Shown one piece after another: positions 21,647 through 33,582 of a stretch of DNA of 64,000 nt (position 1 is its first letter; every line of letters begins with the position of its first letter). The translations under genes and the position numbers were made by a program. The notes under the pieces are model-generated. The model had not been told where the DNA came from and searched no databases. It was given only the letters and a program-made list of their open reading frames with translations. The DNA comes from an uncultured Candidatus Peribacteria bacterium (lineage in GTDB: Bacteria; Patescibacteriota; Gracilibacteria; BD1-5; UBA2023), in contig CAZQUZ010000005.1 in assembly GCA_964596675.1 (NCBI GenBank), positions 16,875 to 80,874 on the forward strand, in the 5' to 3' direction.

Positions 21647-22768
21647 TTATTTCTTTCTTACGACTGTTAAAATCTCAGTCAAAAATATCGTGATAATCCC
21701 GATAAAAACGAAGAGTGCTATCTTTCATTTCGTATCGAGAAATATCGCAGTAATACCAAAAAATGCAGTCAATGCATAGACGGTACGACGTATCGCTCAT
21801 GCGCTAAATCCGAGCTCCATGAGTCGGTAGTGGAGGTGATGACTTTGGTCTCAGCGGAGTGGATTTTGTCCGCGGAGTATGCGTATCGTCACTACATAAA
21901 TGAGATCGATGAGGTATATCCCGAGGACAGACATCGCTGTGGCGATCTTTCATCCCGCGATGATAGCGAGTGTCGCGATGAGGAATCCGAGCATGATCGT
22001 CCCAGAGTCACCCATGATGCCCTGACGCGTCACATCCAGTCGCGTGAGTGCGAATGTCGCAGGGATGACGATAGCGAGGATGATGATGAGAAATCGGCTA
22101 TTTTCCTGGCTCGCGAGAGAGGTATCTGTGAGGATGAGTTTCAGTGCGAGAGCACCCAGTATGATAAATGATATCAGCGCAAATCCACCGGTGAGTCCTG
22201 GTACACCATCAGAGAAATTCACAGCATTAAAGACGAGCACATACCAAAAAATCGTCACACAGAGTGGTATCCAGTAGATGGTAAAGTCAGCTCCACCTAT
22301 ATGGAACATGCTATACCACTCATCGAGCGGGATAATCCCACCGAAGACATTACTCATGTATGAGATTTTTATACTCGTGAGTCCGATGATCGCACCCACT
22401 CCTATCTGCATCATGAGACGAAAGAGTGGGGGTACGCGGATAGGTGACTTCCCGATAGTATCCATATCGTCGATAAAGCTCACGAGCGTGATACATCCAC
22501 CGATGATGAGCATGATGAGGAGTCGCTTCTCGAGGACGGGTGAAAATCCGAAAAATCACAGTATAACCGGGATAAATATCGCGAGCACGAGAAAGAGACT
22601 CACACCGATACCATATGGCGCTGGAGGTCTTCATTTCTCGGTTTTATATTTTTCTGGATGATCCAGGTATCCGTATTTCCTGAGTAAAAATGTGACCCCA
22701 TGTACGATCAGAGGTGAGAGGATGATCGAGGCGAAAAAACAGGCTATAATGCCACTAAGAAATGTCAT
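21647..22768 (-). CDS. glycosyltransferase family 4 (WecA/MraY-like polyprenyl-phosphate sugar-1-phosphate transferase)
   Basis: Track ORF 21950..22513 extends both ways through TGA. It is a polytopic membrane protein with NAVNFSDGVPGL and IMGDSGT motifs. Confidence 0.82.
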
Positions 22769-22771
22769 ATA

Positions 22772-23608
22772 TTAGTGAGATGAGTGAGAGGATGTTTTCA
22801 TCTGTTTGTCTCGGATTTCTGCCTCTTTGGCTCGCATGTAGTCCATCCAACTCTGTCTCTGGAAAAAGTAGATATAGAGTCCAAATGCTATCACGAGACC
22901 CATCGCTATCTTTCCGAAGTTATCGAGTATGACCTCATAGTTATCGATAAAGTAGATTCAGAGCAGATTGATGCTCGTCGCCCAGATGAGTGAGCCGATG
23001 ATATTATACGTCCAGAAGTTACGTTCGCGCATCCCGCTCGCTCCCGCGATAAATGGGACAAATGCACGAGTAAAATTATGAAACTTGCCGAGTACGATAT
23101 ACCAAAATCCATTTTTCTCTATCTGTCGATGGAGTATCGCAGCCTCAGTACGACCTACTCCGAACCAGTCTCCGTATTTTTCGATGAGCTCGGTACCGTA
23201 CCATTTCCCGATCCAGTAGCCCAGATAGTTCCCGAGCATCGCACCGATACCAGCACAGATGACCGTGAGGACGATGTGATACTTCCCCCAGAATCCTCCG
23301 ACGAGTATCATGATATTCATGCCTGGTACAGCTGTCCCGATGATAGGGAGTGACTCGATACATGCCGAGAGAAATGCTATGAGATAGTTCCACGCTCCGA
23401 GCGTCTCGATGAGCGCGCCTATCCACTCGATACCTTGCTTTATCCACTCAGGTCGGACGAATGATATGATGATGAGAGCGAATGTCAGGACAGTAAAAAA
23501 TATCGCGAGGATTTTCGCGAGCATTTTGATGAGTTTTTTCAGTGTGGCTTTCACGTATATGAGGATATGGAAAATAAGGTCTTTTGCAATGGAAAATATA
23601 TTTGACAA
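22772..23608 (-). CDS. DedA family membrane protein
   Basis: Track ORF 22958..23608 continues through TGA to TAA 22772-22774, 3 nt before the next start codon. Shows the SLPIIGTAVPG ... FVPFIAGASGM pattern. The true start may be an internal Met. Confidence 0.8.
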
Positions 23609-23652
23609 GTAGTATTTAAATTATATAATAGAAATACATAATTTTTATATAT

Positions 23653-24267
23653 ATGGGAAGCATACATCAACCTCGTCTGGATAGACAAAAAAACCATGTA
23701 TCTGTGTCACTGACTCGTGCTCTCGCTGCGAACAAAAGAGTCGTGGCTTTACTAGAGGAGGATTTTATAAAAAAGCCTGACATAACATTAGAGAAACAAA
23801 TAGATTTAGAGTATGCCGTCATAGAGACTCTTTCTACTGAACAGATTGGAGTATATGATGCTCTGTATGAAGAATGGAAGATCGTAAAGTCAAAACTACC
23901 AGAATCCGACATAAAGAATTATATACCACGAGCACTCGGTATTTTTTTATCGAAGAAACATGTAGATATAGAGGGCATAAAAACATATTTTCGTCATATA
24001 GAAGATACAGAGCGTGCTGAAAAGATACATCTCTGAGTATTAGAGATGCAGGAAAAAGCTCAAAAAATCTCACAACAATGAGTATGAACGGTTAATCCTA
24101 TTATGTCTATAGATAGAAGTATGCCCCCGACAACAGTAAAGGTGGGTGATGCTAATCCTCTGCGCTATAATATGAAGGCTGCCGTAAAACCAACCTTTCC
24201 TGATATGATACGAGCTGGTCGGCAGTTATGAGATACTCTCCCGACAACACAGGTTGTTAGAATATAG
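23653..24267 (+). CDS. hypothetical protein (204 aa)
   Basis: Track ORF 23653..24036 reads through 4 TGA to TAG 24265-24267. A good terminator follows directly at 24282-24307. Confidence 0.5.
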
Positions 24268-24281
24268 TATGTATAGAGCAT

Positions 24282-24307
24282 GTCCCATCTTCGGATGGGC
24301 TTTTTTA
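24282..24307 (+). terminator. rho-independent terminator
   Basis: gtcccatc-ttcg-gatgggc hairpin followed by TTTTTT. Confidence 0.7.
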
Positions 24308-24341
24308 TTGCTTTTTCGCCGTTTTTCTGTAAATAATACCT

Positions 24342-25934
24342 ATGATTATCACACCACTCTGACATACTGAGTTCCTCATCGATATCGCGAATCCGAGTGG
24401 CGAGACCGTGCGTATCCTCGTGGACAGCTGGCTCAGTGACTATGCGGTCGGGGATATGATGGAGCGTACAGTACGTGTCGAGCTCGATACTACCACTCTC
24501 ACGAGCATCGATGCTATCTATATCTCTCATGCCCACTGTGATCACTTCGATCCATACATACTCATGCAGATATATGGAGAGACTCTTTCTGCAGATTGAG
24601 CTCCAGGGCAAAATCCTCAGTCTTCCGCTTCGCTGCAGACAGCTCCTTTACAAAGGAGCCCACAGAGACCTATACTTATCCTCCCATTTACCCTCAGATA
24701 CCTCGAGTCACTGATACGTGAGTATCTCCCATCTGCAGAGATACATTTTCTCTCGAACCATCATACCCTTCACCATAAAGGCATAGAAATCACGGGACAT
24801 ATGTACCCGAATCCCGAGATCACGAATGAAGATGACGTCATGATGCTCGAGGTCGCGAATGAGCGAGAGATGGTATTCGCGGAGATAGATACCGTGCCAG
24901 ATATGGAGGATGAGACGGTCGCACGCGCACTCTATCGGGTATTCACGAGGAAGTCATATGAGACGGCGTGCTATATCGCGAGTCGCAATGTCCTCGAGTG
25001 ACAGATACCACTCTATGATACTCCTCCTGCGAAGCGAAAGGCCTATCGAGATACCTACATCGCTGAGCAAAAAGAATCTATGAAGATGCAGTATGAGAAA
25101 TATGACTATGAGGAGTTCGCTCACTTTCCGAATCTCTATACGCTGCCAGGATTTGTACAGGGATATATCGGACAGGGGATAGCGTATCCGCGCAGTATAT
25201 CGGCTGAGCTCGCAGATATGGCGATATGGCCACTCGAAGAGATGGTCTCTGTCGAGCAGGACTATGCGCGAGAGGCTTCTTACGAATTTTCGCAAAAAGC
25301 TCTCCTCCCAGGTAGGCAGTACCGTATCGAGGGTGGTACGATCGAGACCGGTCGGAAAGAGTGCCCTATCGCTCGTCTCATAAAACCAGATACTCACTCA
25401 CCAAAGTCTCTCTCTGATACTCCTCCACGTATCTATGCACATGGTCCGCTCTTCCCACGAGTACTATCCGATGCAGATATCAGTGCTGCACGAGAGCGTA
25501 TCCTCGATATTTTGGATCATCGCTTTCTCACATACTGGTCAGCCTCTCCTATCGCGAGCCTCAGAGATGCTCTCATACGAAATAATGGGATCTATCGTAT
25601 AGGATGCACCCTCGATGATACGAAATATATCTTCGAGTACTCGACTGGGGTTTCTGGATTTCGTGAGGTCGCATATGAGTCTCTGATGTATCTCGACGAA
25701 GAGTACTATGTCACGGATATCATCGACTTCCTCGAGTGACGTCAGGAGATGTATTCATCGTTCTGGCATGCGCTCGACCCGAAAAAAGTCTATCGTCTCT
25801 GGACCTGTCTCGGTGCGAACTATATGAACCATGATATCACCCTCGCGAAGTATCGTCTCCACTTCGAGCGTGCGAGAGCGTGACTCACAGCTGCAGACTA
25901 CGTAACACCCGTACTCGATACCCTCACCCCATAA
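24342..25934 (+). CDS. metallo-beta-lactamase-fold protein with large C-terminal extension (530 aa)
   Basis: Track ORFs 24408.., 24801.. and 25080..25739 share one frame. Joined through TGA they run from ATG 24342 to TAA 25932-25934. Contains the ISHAHCDHFD (HxHxDH) motif. The next gene starts 5 nt later. Confidence 0.72.
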
Positions 25935-25938
25935 CACT

Positions 25939-26610
25939 ATGTCTCATATCCGCGCCTATCAGGTACTCTGCCTCTTCGGATGAGTACTCGGACTCCTCCA
26001 TATCTATCTCACTGGATCGACTATCCTCGGTGGACTCATCTGGAATCTCATCCTCGCCGTCGTACCATACCTCTTCGCGAGCCTCGCTATCCGCTACACC
26101 GGATGGCGACACTATGGACTCGCTCTCCTGTGGCTCCTCTTCTTCCCGAACTCGCTCTATATATTCACCGACTTTATCCACCTCGGTAAGGTAGAGGAGC
26201 TCATACACTTCGAGATCATCTATATCTCCACGATGGCTATAGCTGGGATGGTCGCAGGATTTGCTTCACTCGACCTCCTCCACACCTACTGGAACCAGCA
26301 TATCCATAAGGCTCGTGCATGGCTACGAGTACACATCCTCATGCTCCTCGGAGTATTCGGGGTATTTCTCGGGAGATTCCAGCGGTTTAATAGCTGGGAT
26401 ATCCTCCATGAGCCACTCACATTCGCTCGAGAAGTCATGATGGTCCTCATCTACCCGAATAGCCTCACACGAGCTGGTGCGCTCGACCGCGTCTCTGAGC
26501 AGGCGCTCTATGGCGCGAATGTCATGAATCCATATCTCTTCATCGGACTCTACTTCATATTTTTTATGATACTCTACGTGTTCCTCTATCATACGAGGAG
26601 AGTGAAATAA
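25939..26610 (+). CDS. DUF1361-like polytopic membrane protein
   Basis: ATG 25939 is in frame with track ORF 26233..26610 through one TGA. The FFPNSLYIFTDFIHL motif is present. Confidence 0.65.
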
Positions 26611-26612
26611 AT

Positions 26613-27062
26613 TTATTTTTCTCCTATCTCACGAATAAATTTTCACAAATAATTTGGATTTACTAGATAAAAGCCGCCACGATTTTGTATGCCATGGGGT
26701 ATATAGGTATTATGCATCACAGCAGCAAGATAGGGTCTTTTTATGTGCTCTGTTTTTTGTAAAAAATCAGATTCTAATTTAAGAGACTTCCATATTTTAT
26801 GCACATACTTCGTATAGTTTGTATGCCATTTTTTTGAATCTATAATAAGCATATTTCCATTCGAATATTTGATGATATGGTCTATGTTTGTATTTCACCA
26901 TCCATCTTTATTTGTACTAATATTTATTCCTTTTTGATAATCTGCTATCCTTTTTAATATTCTCAGAGTCTGTTGTTCTCCCAGAACTCATTTTTTAATA
27001 TTTTTTTCTGGATAATGTCCTAAAATCATTCTTTCCTTACTTTTTTTGATATCCTGGTCCAT
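26613..27062 (-). CDS. NERD (nuclease-related domain) protein (149 aa)
   Basis: Track ORF 26643..26852 extends both ways through TGA. The pattern GVLGEQQTLRIL ... IDHIIKYSNGNMLIIDSKKW matches the NERD core. Confidence 0.65.
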
Positions 27063-27154
27063 ATATACAAAATTATTGACTAATATATAAATTATATCAT
27101 AATAATTATTTGAGGTCAATTTTATTTTTTCCATTTTCTCGATATACTCTCCCT

Positions 27155-28624
27155 ATGTTATCTCCAAAAAAACATCTTCATGTCATCGGTATCGGCGGTA
27201 TCGGTGTCTCTGCGCTCGCTCGTTACTATCGCTCGATCGGGTATAGTGTATCAGGTTCTGATGGTGCGGATTCTCCATTTCTCGATACGCTCCGTGCAGA
27301 GGGCTTCGATATACATATCGGACATCGCGCGGAAAATCTAGGAGAAAATACAGATTTCGTCATCTACTCTGAGGCTATCATCACGAAGCCAGACCTCCCG
27401 CCGGAGGAGCAGATATATGCGAATGTCGAGCTCGCACGCGCGCGAGATCTCGGTATCGAGCATCTCTCCTATCCTGTGGCACTGGGGAGAGTATTCGATG
27501 CTGCAGAGGGTATCGCTATCACGGGCTCCCATGGGAAGAGTACGACGACCGCTATGACGACACTCATGCTCGCGAATGAATACTCGGATAATCCGACGGT
27601 CGAGATTCCTGTAGATGGAGCATTTGCCTATATGCCGACTGCGCCAGGATGTAGCGCTATCATCGGTACGCAGGTCCCCCAGCTCGGTCATACGAATTTC
27701 TATACTGAGATGGGTGCGTCGCACTTCGTCATCGAAGCGTGTGAGTATAAACGTTCGTTTCTCCAGTATCATCCATACATCACCGTCATCACGAATATCG
27801 ATCTCGACCACCTCGACTACTACCAGAACCTCGATGACTATATCAGTGCATTCCAGTCGCTCGTGGATCAGACGAGTGGATTCGTCATCATTTCGAGAGA
27901 CGATGAGAACTCAGCGAAGCTCGATATCCCGGTCGAGAAGCGCATCATCGTAGGAGGTGGTCAGATCCTCTACTATCCGCGCGTCGAGGAGGATGACCAC
28001 GGTCGTAAAAAAGTCTACTACGTCGAGAAATCCATGCCACTCCCAGAGATACATCTCCAGGTACCGGGCGCGCACCTTCTCCATGATGCGTATCTCGCCT
28101 ATACGGTCGGGCGACTCCTCGGGATGCAGGATGATATCATCGTACCAAAGCTCGAGTCCTATACGGGCTCATGGCGTCGCTCTGAGATCGTCGGGACGAC
28201 CACACACGGGAACCTCGTCATCTCTGACTATGGACATCACCCGAATGAGATACGCCCCACCCTCCGAGCTATCCGTGAGAAATACAGAGACAAGCGACTC
28301 TATGTCGTATTCCAGCCGCATCAGTACTCGCGGACTCGCGAGCTCCTCGGTGAGTTCGGCAGAGCATTCGGTGATGTGGATGAGCTCGTGATACCAGATA
28401 TCTACTTCTCCCGGGATAAGCAGGAAGATGTCGAGTATATGACGGTGGAGAGGCTCATCGACACGATCGCATGCGTCGAGCAAGGTCTCACCATCCATGA
28501 TGGAGGTGGTCTCGAGAAAACTGCAGAGCTCATACGTACCTATGATGCGTCACATCCGGAGAGCTCAGTGATAGTCCTCCTCGGTGCAGGGGATGTCGAT
28601 AGCCTCAGGTATAGTATCTTATAA
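27155..28624 (+). CDS. murC: UDP-N-acetylmuramate--L-alanine ligase
   Basis: Track ORF 27110..28624 has no TGA. The ATG at 27155 is preferred. Motifs: HVIGIGGIGVSALA and GSHGKSTTT. Confidence 0.93.
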   Translation: MLSPKKHLHVIGIGGIGVSALARYYRSIGYSVSGSDGADSPFLDTLRAEGFDIHIGHRAENLGENTDFVIYSEAIITKPDLPPEEQIYANVELARARDLGIEHLSYPVALGRVFDAAEGIAITGSHGKSTTTAMTTLMLANEYSDNPTVEIPVDGAFAYMPTAPGCSAIIGTQVPQLGHTNFYTEMGASHFVIEACEYKRSFLQYHPYITVITNIDLDHLDYYQNLDDYISAFQSLVDQTSGFVIISRDDENSAKLDIPVEKRIIVGGGQILYYPRVEEDDHGRKKVYYVEKSMPLPEIHLQVPGAHLLHDAYLAYTVGRLLGMQDDIIVPKLESYTGSWRRSEIVGTTTHGNLVISDYGHHPNEIRPTLRAIREKYRDKRLYVVFQPHQYSRTRELLGEFGRAFGDVDELVIPDIYFSRDKQEDVEYMTVERLIDTIACVEQGLTIHDGGGLEKTAELIRTYDASHPESSVIVLLGAGDVDSLRYSIL

Positions 28625-28627
28625 TAT

Positions 28628-29806
28628 ATGCATTTCTCTCGTAACATTACTATCCTTCTCGCACTCCGCGCGGTGAGATGGTTTTTGGTGATTATGCCTA
28701 TTATCACGATTTTTTATCGGGAACATGGACTTTCTATGTGAGAGGTATTTTTGATACAGGTAGCATTTTCTCTGTCCGTAGTACTTTTAGAGGTGCCTAC
28801 GGGATATTTTTCGGATGTCGTCTGACGCAAAAAATCCCTTATCGTCGGCATGACCTGTAGTATTTTTTGACTTGCACTGTACTGTCTTGGGCATGGATTT
28901 TATGGATTTTTCATCGCTGAGATGTTGCCCTGACTGGGTGCGAGCTTCATATCTGGTACAGATGTGGCTATGATGTACGACACACTTATCGATGAGTGAA
29001 AGGAGTGACTCCACAAAAAAATCCAATGATACGCCCAATCTCTCTCGAGTATCTCAGAGGCATCAGCGAGTTTATTGGGAGGATTTCTCGCTGTTATCAG
29101 TATTAGTCTGCCATTTTATGTGATGTTAGGTGTATTTATCCTGATGTATCCTCTCGTATTTTTTCTCCGTGAACCACATCGCCATCGGCATGAAAATCGT
29201 GAGGGGATGATACATGGCATATGGAAAATCATCCGACACTCACTCCATGATCATAAAGAGATAAAATGGCTCATATTTTTGTCTGGATCTTTCTGAGCAT
29301 CGACGCTCGTCATGACGTGGTTCTTGCAATCATACTTTACGCTGGTATCCGTTCCACTCCAATATTTCGGAGTATTATGGTGTATATTTATCCTTTCTAT
29401 CGTGCCATTTTCTCATTTTGCACATTCACTCGAGGCATATCTCGGGAGACGAAACTCTCTCATATGTATGACGCTGTTACCGATATGTGGGTACTTTTTA
29501 CTCGGTACGTTTGTATCTTTTTGGGCTTTATGTTTTGTATTTTTCTTTTATTTTGCTCGATGATTCGGGACAGTCGTACTCCAGGACTATATAAATAAAC
29601 TCGTCTCATCAGATATTCGTGCCACCGTCTTATCACTGCAGGCACTGATGTTTCGTCTCGTTTTCGTCATCGTCGGACCGCTGATGGGATGGGTAGCTGA
29701 TATCTATAGTCTTTCTGTAGCTTTACTACTCTCTGGTATCGTATTTGCTCTCTTTGGTCTCGTCTCTCTCCTCGGACTCGCTCATCATAGGGCACTCGAT
29801 ATATAA
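28628..29806 (+). CDS. MFS transporter (392 aa)
   Basis: ATG 28628 lies 4 nt after the murC stop. The frame includes track ORF 29312..29563 and has about 9 in-frame TGA, ending at TAA 29804-29806. About 12 hydrophobic segments. Confidence 0.78.
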
Positions 29807-29817
29807 CCATTTTTTCT

Positions 29818-30027
29818 ATGAATCCTGATATCACGAACATCGACACGGCTGCTCTCGATACGACCCTTATGGGTATAAACATGAGCCCCAGTCATCTCAT
29901 CTGGTCGACTATCATCGTCCTCGTCGTATCACATATCGGTGCCCGGTATCTCGCTGGATTCACCCCGAGGGGATACTGGTTCTGGTTTACACTCATAAAT
30001 ATCATCGTCGGACTGATACTTATATAA
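29818..30027 (+). CDS. small membrane protein (69 aa)
   Basis: Track ORF with two hydrophobic segments. No family recognised. Confidence 0.4.
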   Translation: MNPDITNIDTAALDTTLMGINMSPSHLIWSTIIVLVVSHIGARYLAGFTPRGYWFWFTLINIIVGLILI

Positions 30028-30119
30028 AATTAACTTGCAATTTTATAAAAATATGTATACTACATCGTAGTGATAGACTTATCTTAGATATAGTTTTTCA
30101 TGTAATTCTCCTCCCTTTT

Positions 30120-30146
30120 CCCACCGTAATTTGGTGGGCTTTTTTA
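30120..30146 (+). terminator. rho-independent terminator
   Basis: cccacc-gtaattt-ggtggg hairpin followed by cTTTTTT. Confidence 0.7.
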
Positions 30147-30181
30147 TTGTCTTTTTCTTATTTTTCTCCATAATCAAATCC

Positions 30182-30697
30182 ATGTTACAGATTATTCCCA
30201 CAGATACCTGTTATGGTCTCGCATGAGCACTTACCCCTGAGGATTACCTCGAAATATATCGTCTGAAAGGTCGGGACTTTTCGAAGCCGCTCGCACTCCT
30301 CGTCCGAGACTATGATGATATGAAGGGATATATCGAGATATCTGATGAGCAGATAGATGCACTCCGAGAGTATCCGCACCCGTGGAGCTTCCTCGGCATG
30401 CGAAAGACAGACTACATACTCCCACCCTATTTGGATAGCCTCCAGTATGAGCGACTCTCCCTACGAGTCGCGAGCGTATGTATGCTATGACTCGATGCAT
30501 CAGAGCTTGAGTTTCCGCTCTTTCTCACTTCTGCGAACCGCTCCGGTGAGACTGAGTCTACTACACTCAGAGAGGCACGTCGAATATTTCCATGAGTGGA
30601 TGGGATCGATGGGGGAGTGTGTGATCGTCCACCGTCAGATATATTCGCTCTCTGAAATGATGGGGAGCTCCAGTATTTGAGGAGGAATTATGAATAA
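30182..30697 (+). CDS. YrdC/TsaC-family (L-threonylcarbamoyladenylate synthase-like) protein
   Basis: ATG 30182 to TAA 30695-30697 with 4 TGA. Motifs: PTDTCYGLAG, KGRDFSKPLALLV, LTSANRSGE. Confidence 0.78.
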
Positions 30698-30715
30698 ATC
30701 GTAACACAATGAGTG

Positions 30716-31480
30716 CTAGATAGTTTTAGAAAGTGTAAATTTTTGGAGATCAGGATATACCATTTGGGTATTATCGACGGTAGATCAAAATATATTTCCT
30801 AAAATCTTAGGAGTTTCTGGACTGATATTATAGTTATCATTCATCGAAGTAATACCTATTACACGCTTTTCTATATCATTTGATATCTGCATATAGTTAT
30901 TATAGTATGTACTATACTCGCGTTCTATCCGATGAGAAAGTATACTGATATCGTTCGTACCCATAATAGGATCGATTTTTAGCTCATCAAAACTCGTAAA
31001 TCCTAGTGATAGCAGTTCACGGATGGCAAGTCCAAAGATATAATAATATACTGGTTTTACATTTTTTGATTTTTGAAATATTGATTTACATGCAAAAATT
31101 ATCTCTTTTATTCTCCATAACTGAAATAACTGTTTTTTACTTAACTTTTCTCATAATGACTTTAATATATCTTGCTGTATTCTACTCATACCTACAGACT
31201 CAGACCCTTGTGTATTTATTATAGATTTATAGTACTCACTTTGCATCATTTCAGATAGACCGATTAGTTTAGATGCTAGATTGGATGTATTGATAGTTTG
31301 CTCGAAATATACTCTACTCTGAAGAGATAGTGTGGGATTTTCCGAAAATTCGATTTGAATATCTTTATGATATTGATAAATCTCTTTAAGAGAAGCATCA
31401 TTCATAATATAGTCTTGATATATCTTTATAAGACCAGATGGTGTAGTATCTTTAGTTATCTGTGCTATTAATGAACGCAT
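30716..31480 (-). CDS. hypothetical protein (about 254 aa, start uncertain)
   Basis: The frame of track ORF 31151..31642 continues through 2 TGA to TAG 30716-30718. The first ~55 codons of the track ORF overlap the miaA 3' end, so an internal Met (31480 or 31405) is more likely. Confidence 0.5.
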
Positions 31481-32387
31481 ATTTTTTATTCCAGGTGATT
31501 TGCCGTTTGGCATAGTTACGAGAATGTTGGGCGACGAGGGCTTTCGCGACTTCGAGAGTAGACTCGCCACGGAGATATGAGCAGACTTCTTTGTACCCGA
31601 TAGTGCTGAGCCCAGGTGAAGTATCACTATATATAGTTTCATTATATATTACTTCTTCTAAAAGTCAATAATTAAACATACTCTCTACACGTTTATCGAT
31701 ATTTGCATAGAGTTGCTTGCGATTTTCTACTGAATCGGTATATGGCGTGATAAAATACGGAGAAAATCGGAGTTTCTTCGTATTTTCGGCATCTTTTTTC
31801 GACCGACCAGTCGCACGCATCACCTCGAGACCGCGCATCACATAGCGATAGTTCTCGACCTCGAGCTCACTCGCATAGGTGGGGTCCACCTGATAGAGCA
31901 TATCCCAGAGTCTTTGGTCTCAGTATTTTGTTCTGATGGCTTCGAGCTCGGCACGATACTCCCAGTCAGGAGGCGTATCGGGATAGTCCATATCATAGAG
32001 GACGGCATCGATATAGAGTCCAGTTCATCCACAGAGGATAGGGATGATATGTGTATCCTGCCAGAGCTCGAGCGTATCGACTCACTTTCGATAGTCTACC
32101 ATCGAATAGGTGATATCTGGAGATATGACATCGAGCATATGATGTGGGATTCACTGCATCTCATCGGTGGTGACTTTTCCTGTACCGATATCGAGTCAGC
32201 TGTATATCTGTCTACTATCTGCAGATATGATCTCACTCCCATATCCTCTCGTTCTGAGCGATAGTGCGATATTGACGGCTAAACTACTTTTTCCACAGGC
32301 AGTCGGTCCGTATACGACCACTATCTTCGGGAGTGGAGTCTCGCTCTCGAGATAGGATAGGATGTCATGAAGCTCGTTATTCGACAT
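31452..32387 (-). CDS. miaA: tRNA dimethylallyltransferase
   Basis: Track ORFs 32196..32387 and 31665..31901 are in one frame. Motifs: GPTACGKSSLA, GGTGLY. The C-terminus, read past TGA 31665, gives IGYKE ... YAKRQITW and ends at TAA 31452-31454. Confidence 0.92.
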
Positions 32388-33564
32388 GAGGAAGTGTATC
32401 TGTGGATGGAAGTGTGTGGATTTTTTTTTCTACGGTATCGACATATTTATCGAGGTCCTGTATGAGTCCGAGGACGATAGAGAACAGTGGTACTCCCATA
32501 AGGAGTCCGATGAGTCCGAAGAGGTGTTCAGAGATGAGGAGTATCACGAATGTGATAAATACGGGAAAGTGGACGTAGGATGAGACGATTTTTGGATTCA
32601 GATAGTATGCTTCGACAGCATGGACGACTCATATCATGAGTATACATGAGAGTACTATCGCGAGCTCATCACCACCAGTACCATATCCATAGCCGATGAT
32701 GAGGATAGGGACTCCTGAGAGAAATGTCCCGAATACTGGTATAAATCCAGCGATAAAGACGATGAGTGAGAGTGTAAAAATAAATGGAAATGCTTCGCCA
32801 CCATGAATAAAGCTTATGATGATGAGTCCTATCGTCGTGAGTATCGCATTCACGAGGGCTATGATAGACTGGGCTTTAAAGATGATCCCAAAGCCTGCCC
32901 CCATTTTTTTCGCGATAATCGACCACTCGATATAGAGAAATCGGAAATTTCCATTTTTTATCTGTCAGAGGAATTTTTCTATCCGCTTGCGATCGATGAT
33001 AAAGAGGTAGGAGAGGATGAGTGCGATGAGGAACTTCGTGAGGATGATACCAGCATTCGTGATATAGGTGATTGCCTTTTGTCCGATAGACTCGAGATTC
33101 GCAGAGCTTACCATATCACCGATAAAACTCGAGAGTCCAAGATCGAGATTACTCGTCTTTTCTATCGTGAGGAGAAAGTCCTGACCCTGACTCGCGATGC
33201 GCGGAGCCTCTCTGAGAAATCGATTTATCTCCCCACCAATTTGTGGGATAATATTCACAAAGATAAAAATCACGATACTGATAAATACTACATACAGGAT
33301 AGATATGACAATATTGGTAGTCGCGTACTTCCGAGCGATGATATGCATGCGGTCAGCCTTACCATGGAGTCACCACTCATGGACTTTACGTGCGACATAG
33401 GTCCCGAGTTCGAGAAATATATAAGCAAAGAGAAATGTCACGAAGAAGAGGATGAGAAAATCACTCAGACTATAGCCGAGGAGAAGGAGGAGGCTGTAGG
33501 CGATGAGCTTCTTCCAGAATACTTCACCGAATATGAGAGGGAGTATGGTTTTTAGTGTGTACAT
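32377..33564 (-). CDS. AI-2E family transporter (PerM/UPF0118)
   Basis: Track ORFs 33370..33564, 32965..33348 and 32629..32904 are in one frame. It is a polytopic membrane protein. The stop TAA at 32377-32379 overlaps the miaA start by 11 nt. Confidence 0.85.
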
Positions 33565-33582
33565 AGAGGAAAACTGAAGAGA

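Noticed and set aside
24165-24611. Minus-strand 148-aa ORF
   Set aside because: It overlaps the 3' end of one plus-strand gene, a strong plus-strand terminator and the 5' end of the MBL-fold gene. No motifs are present.
31481-31642. N-terminal 54 codons of track ORF 31151..31642
   Set aside because: This segment overlaps the last ~190 nt of miaA, whose own frame continues to a conserved YAKRQITW C-terminus. The downstream gene more likely starts at an internal Met.
32803-33555. Plus-strand 250-aa ORF
   Set aside because: It is antisense to the AI-2E transporter gene, whose three track fragments join in one frame. The same reasoning rejects 35912..36508 (antisense to serS), 10675..11214 (antisense to dnaJ), 1749..2285 (antisense to dnaK) and 47383..48351 (antisense to glyQS).
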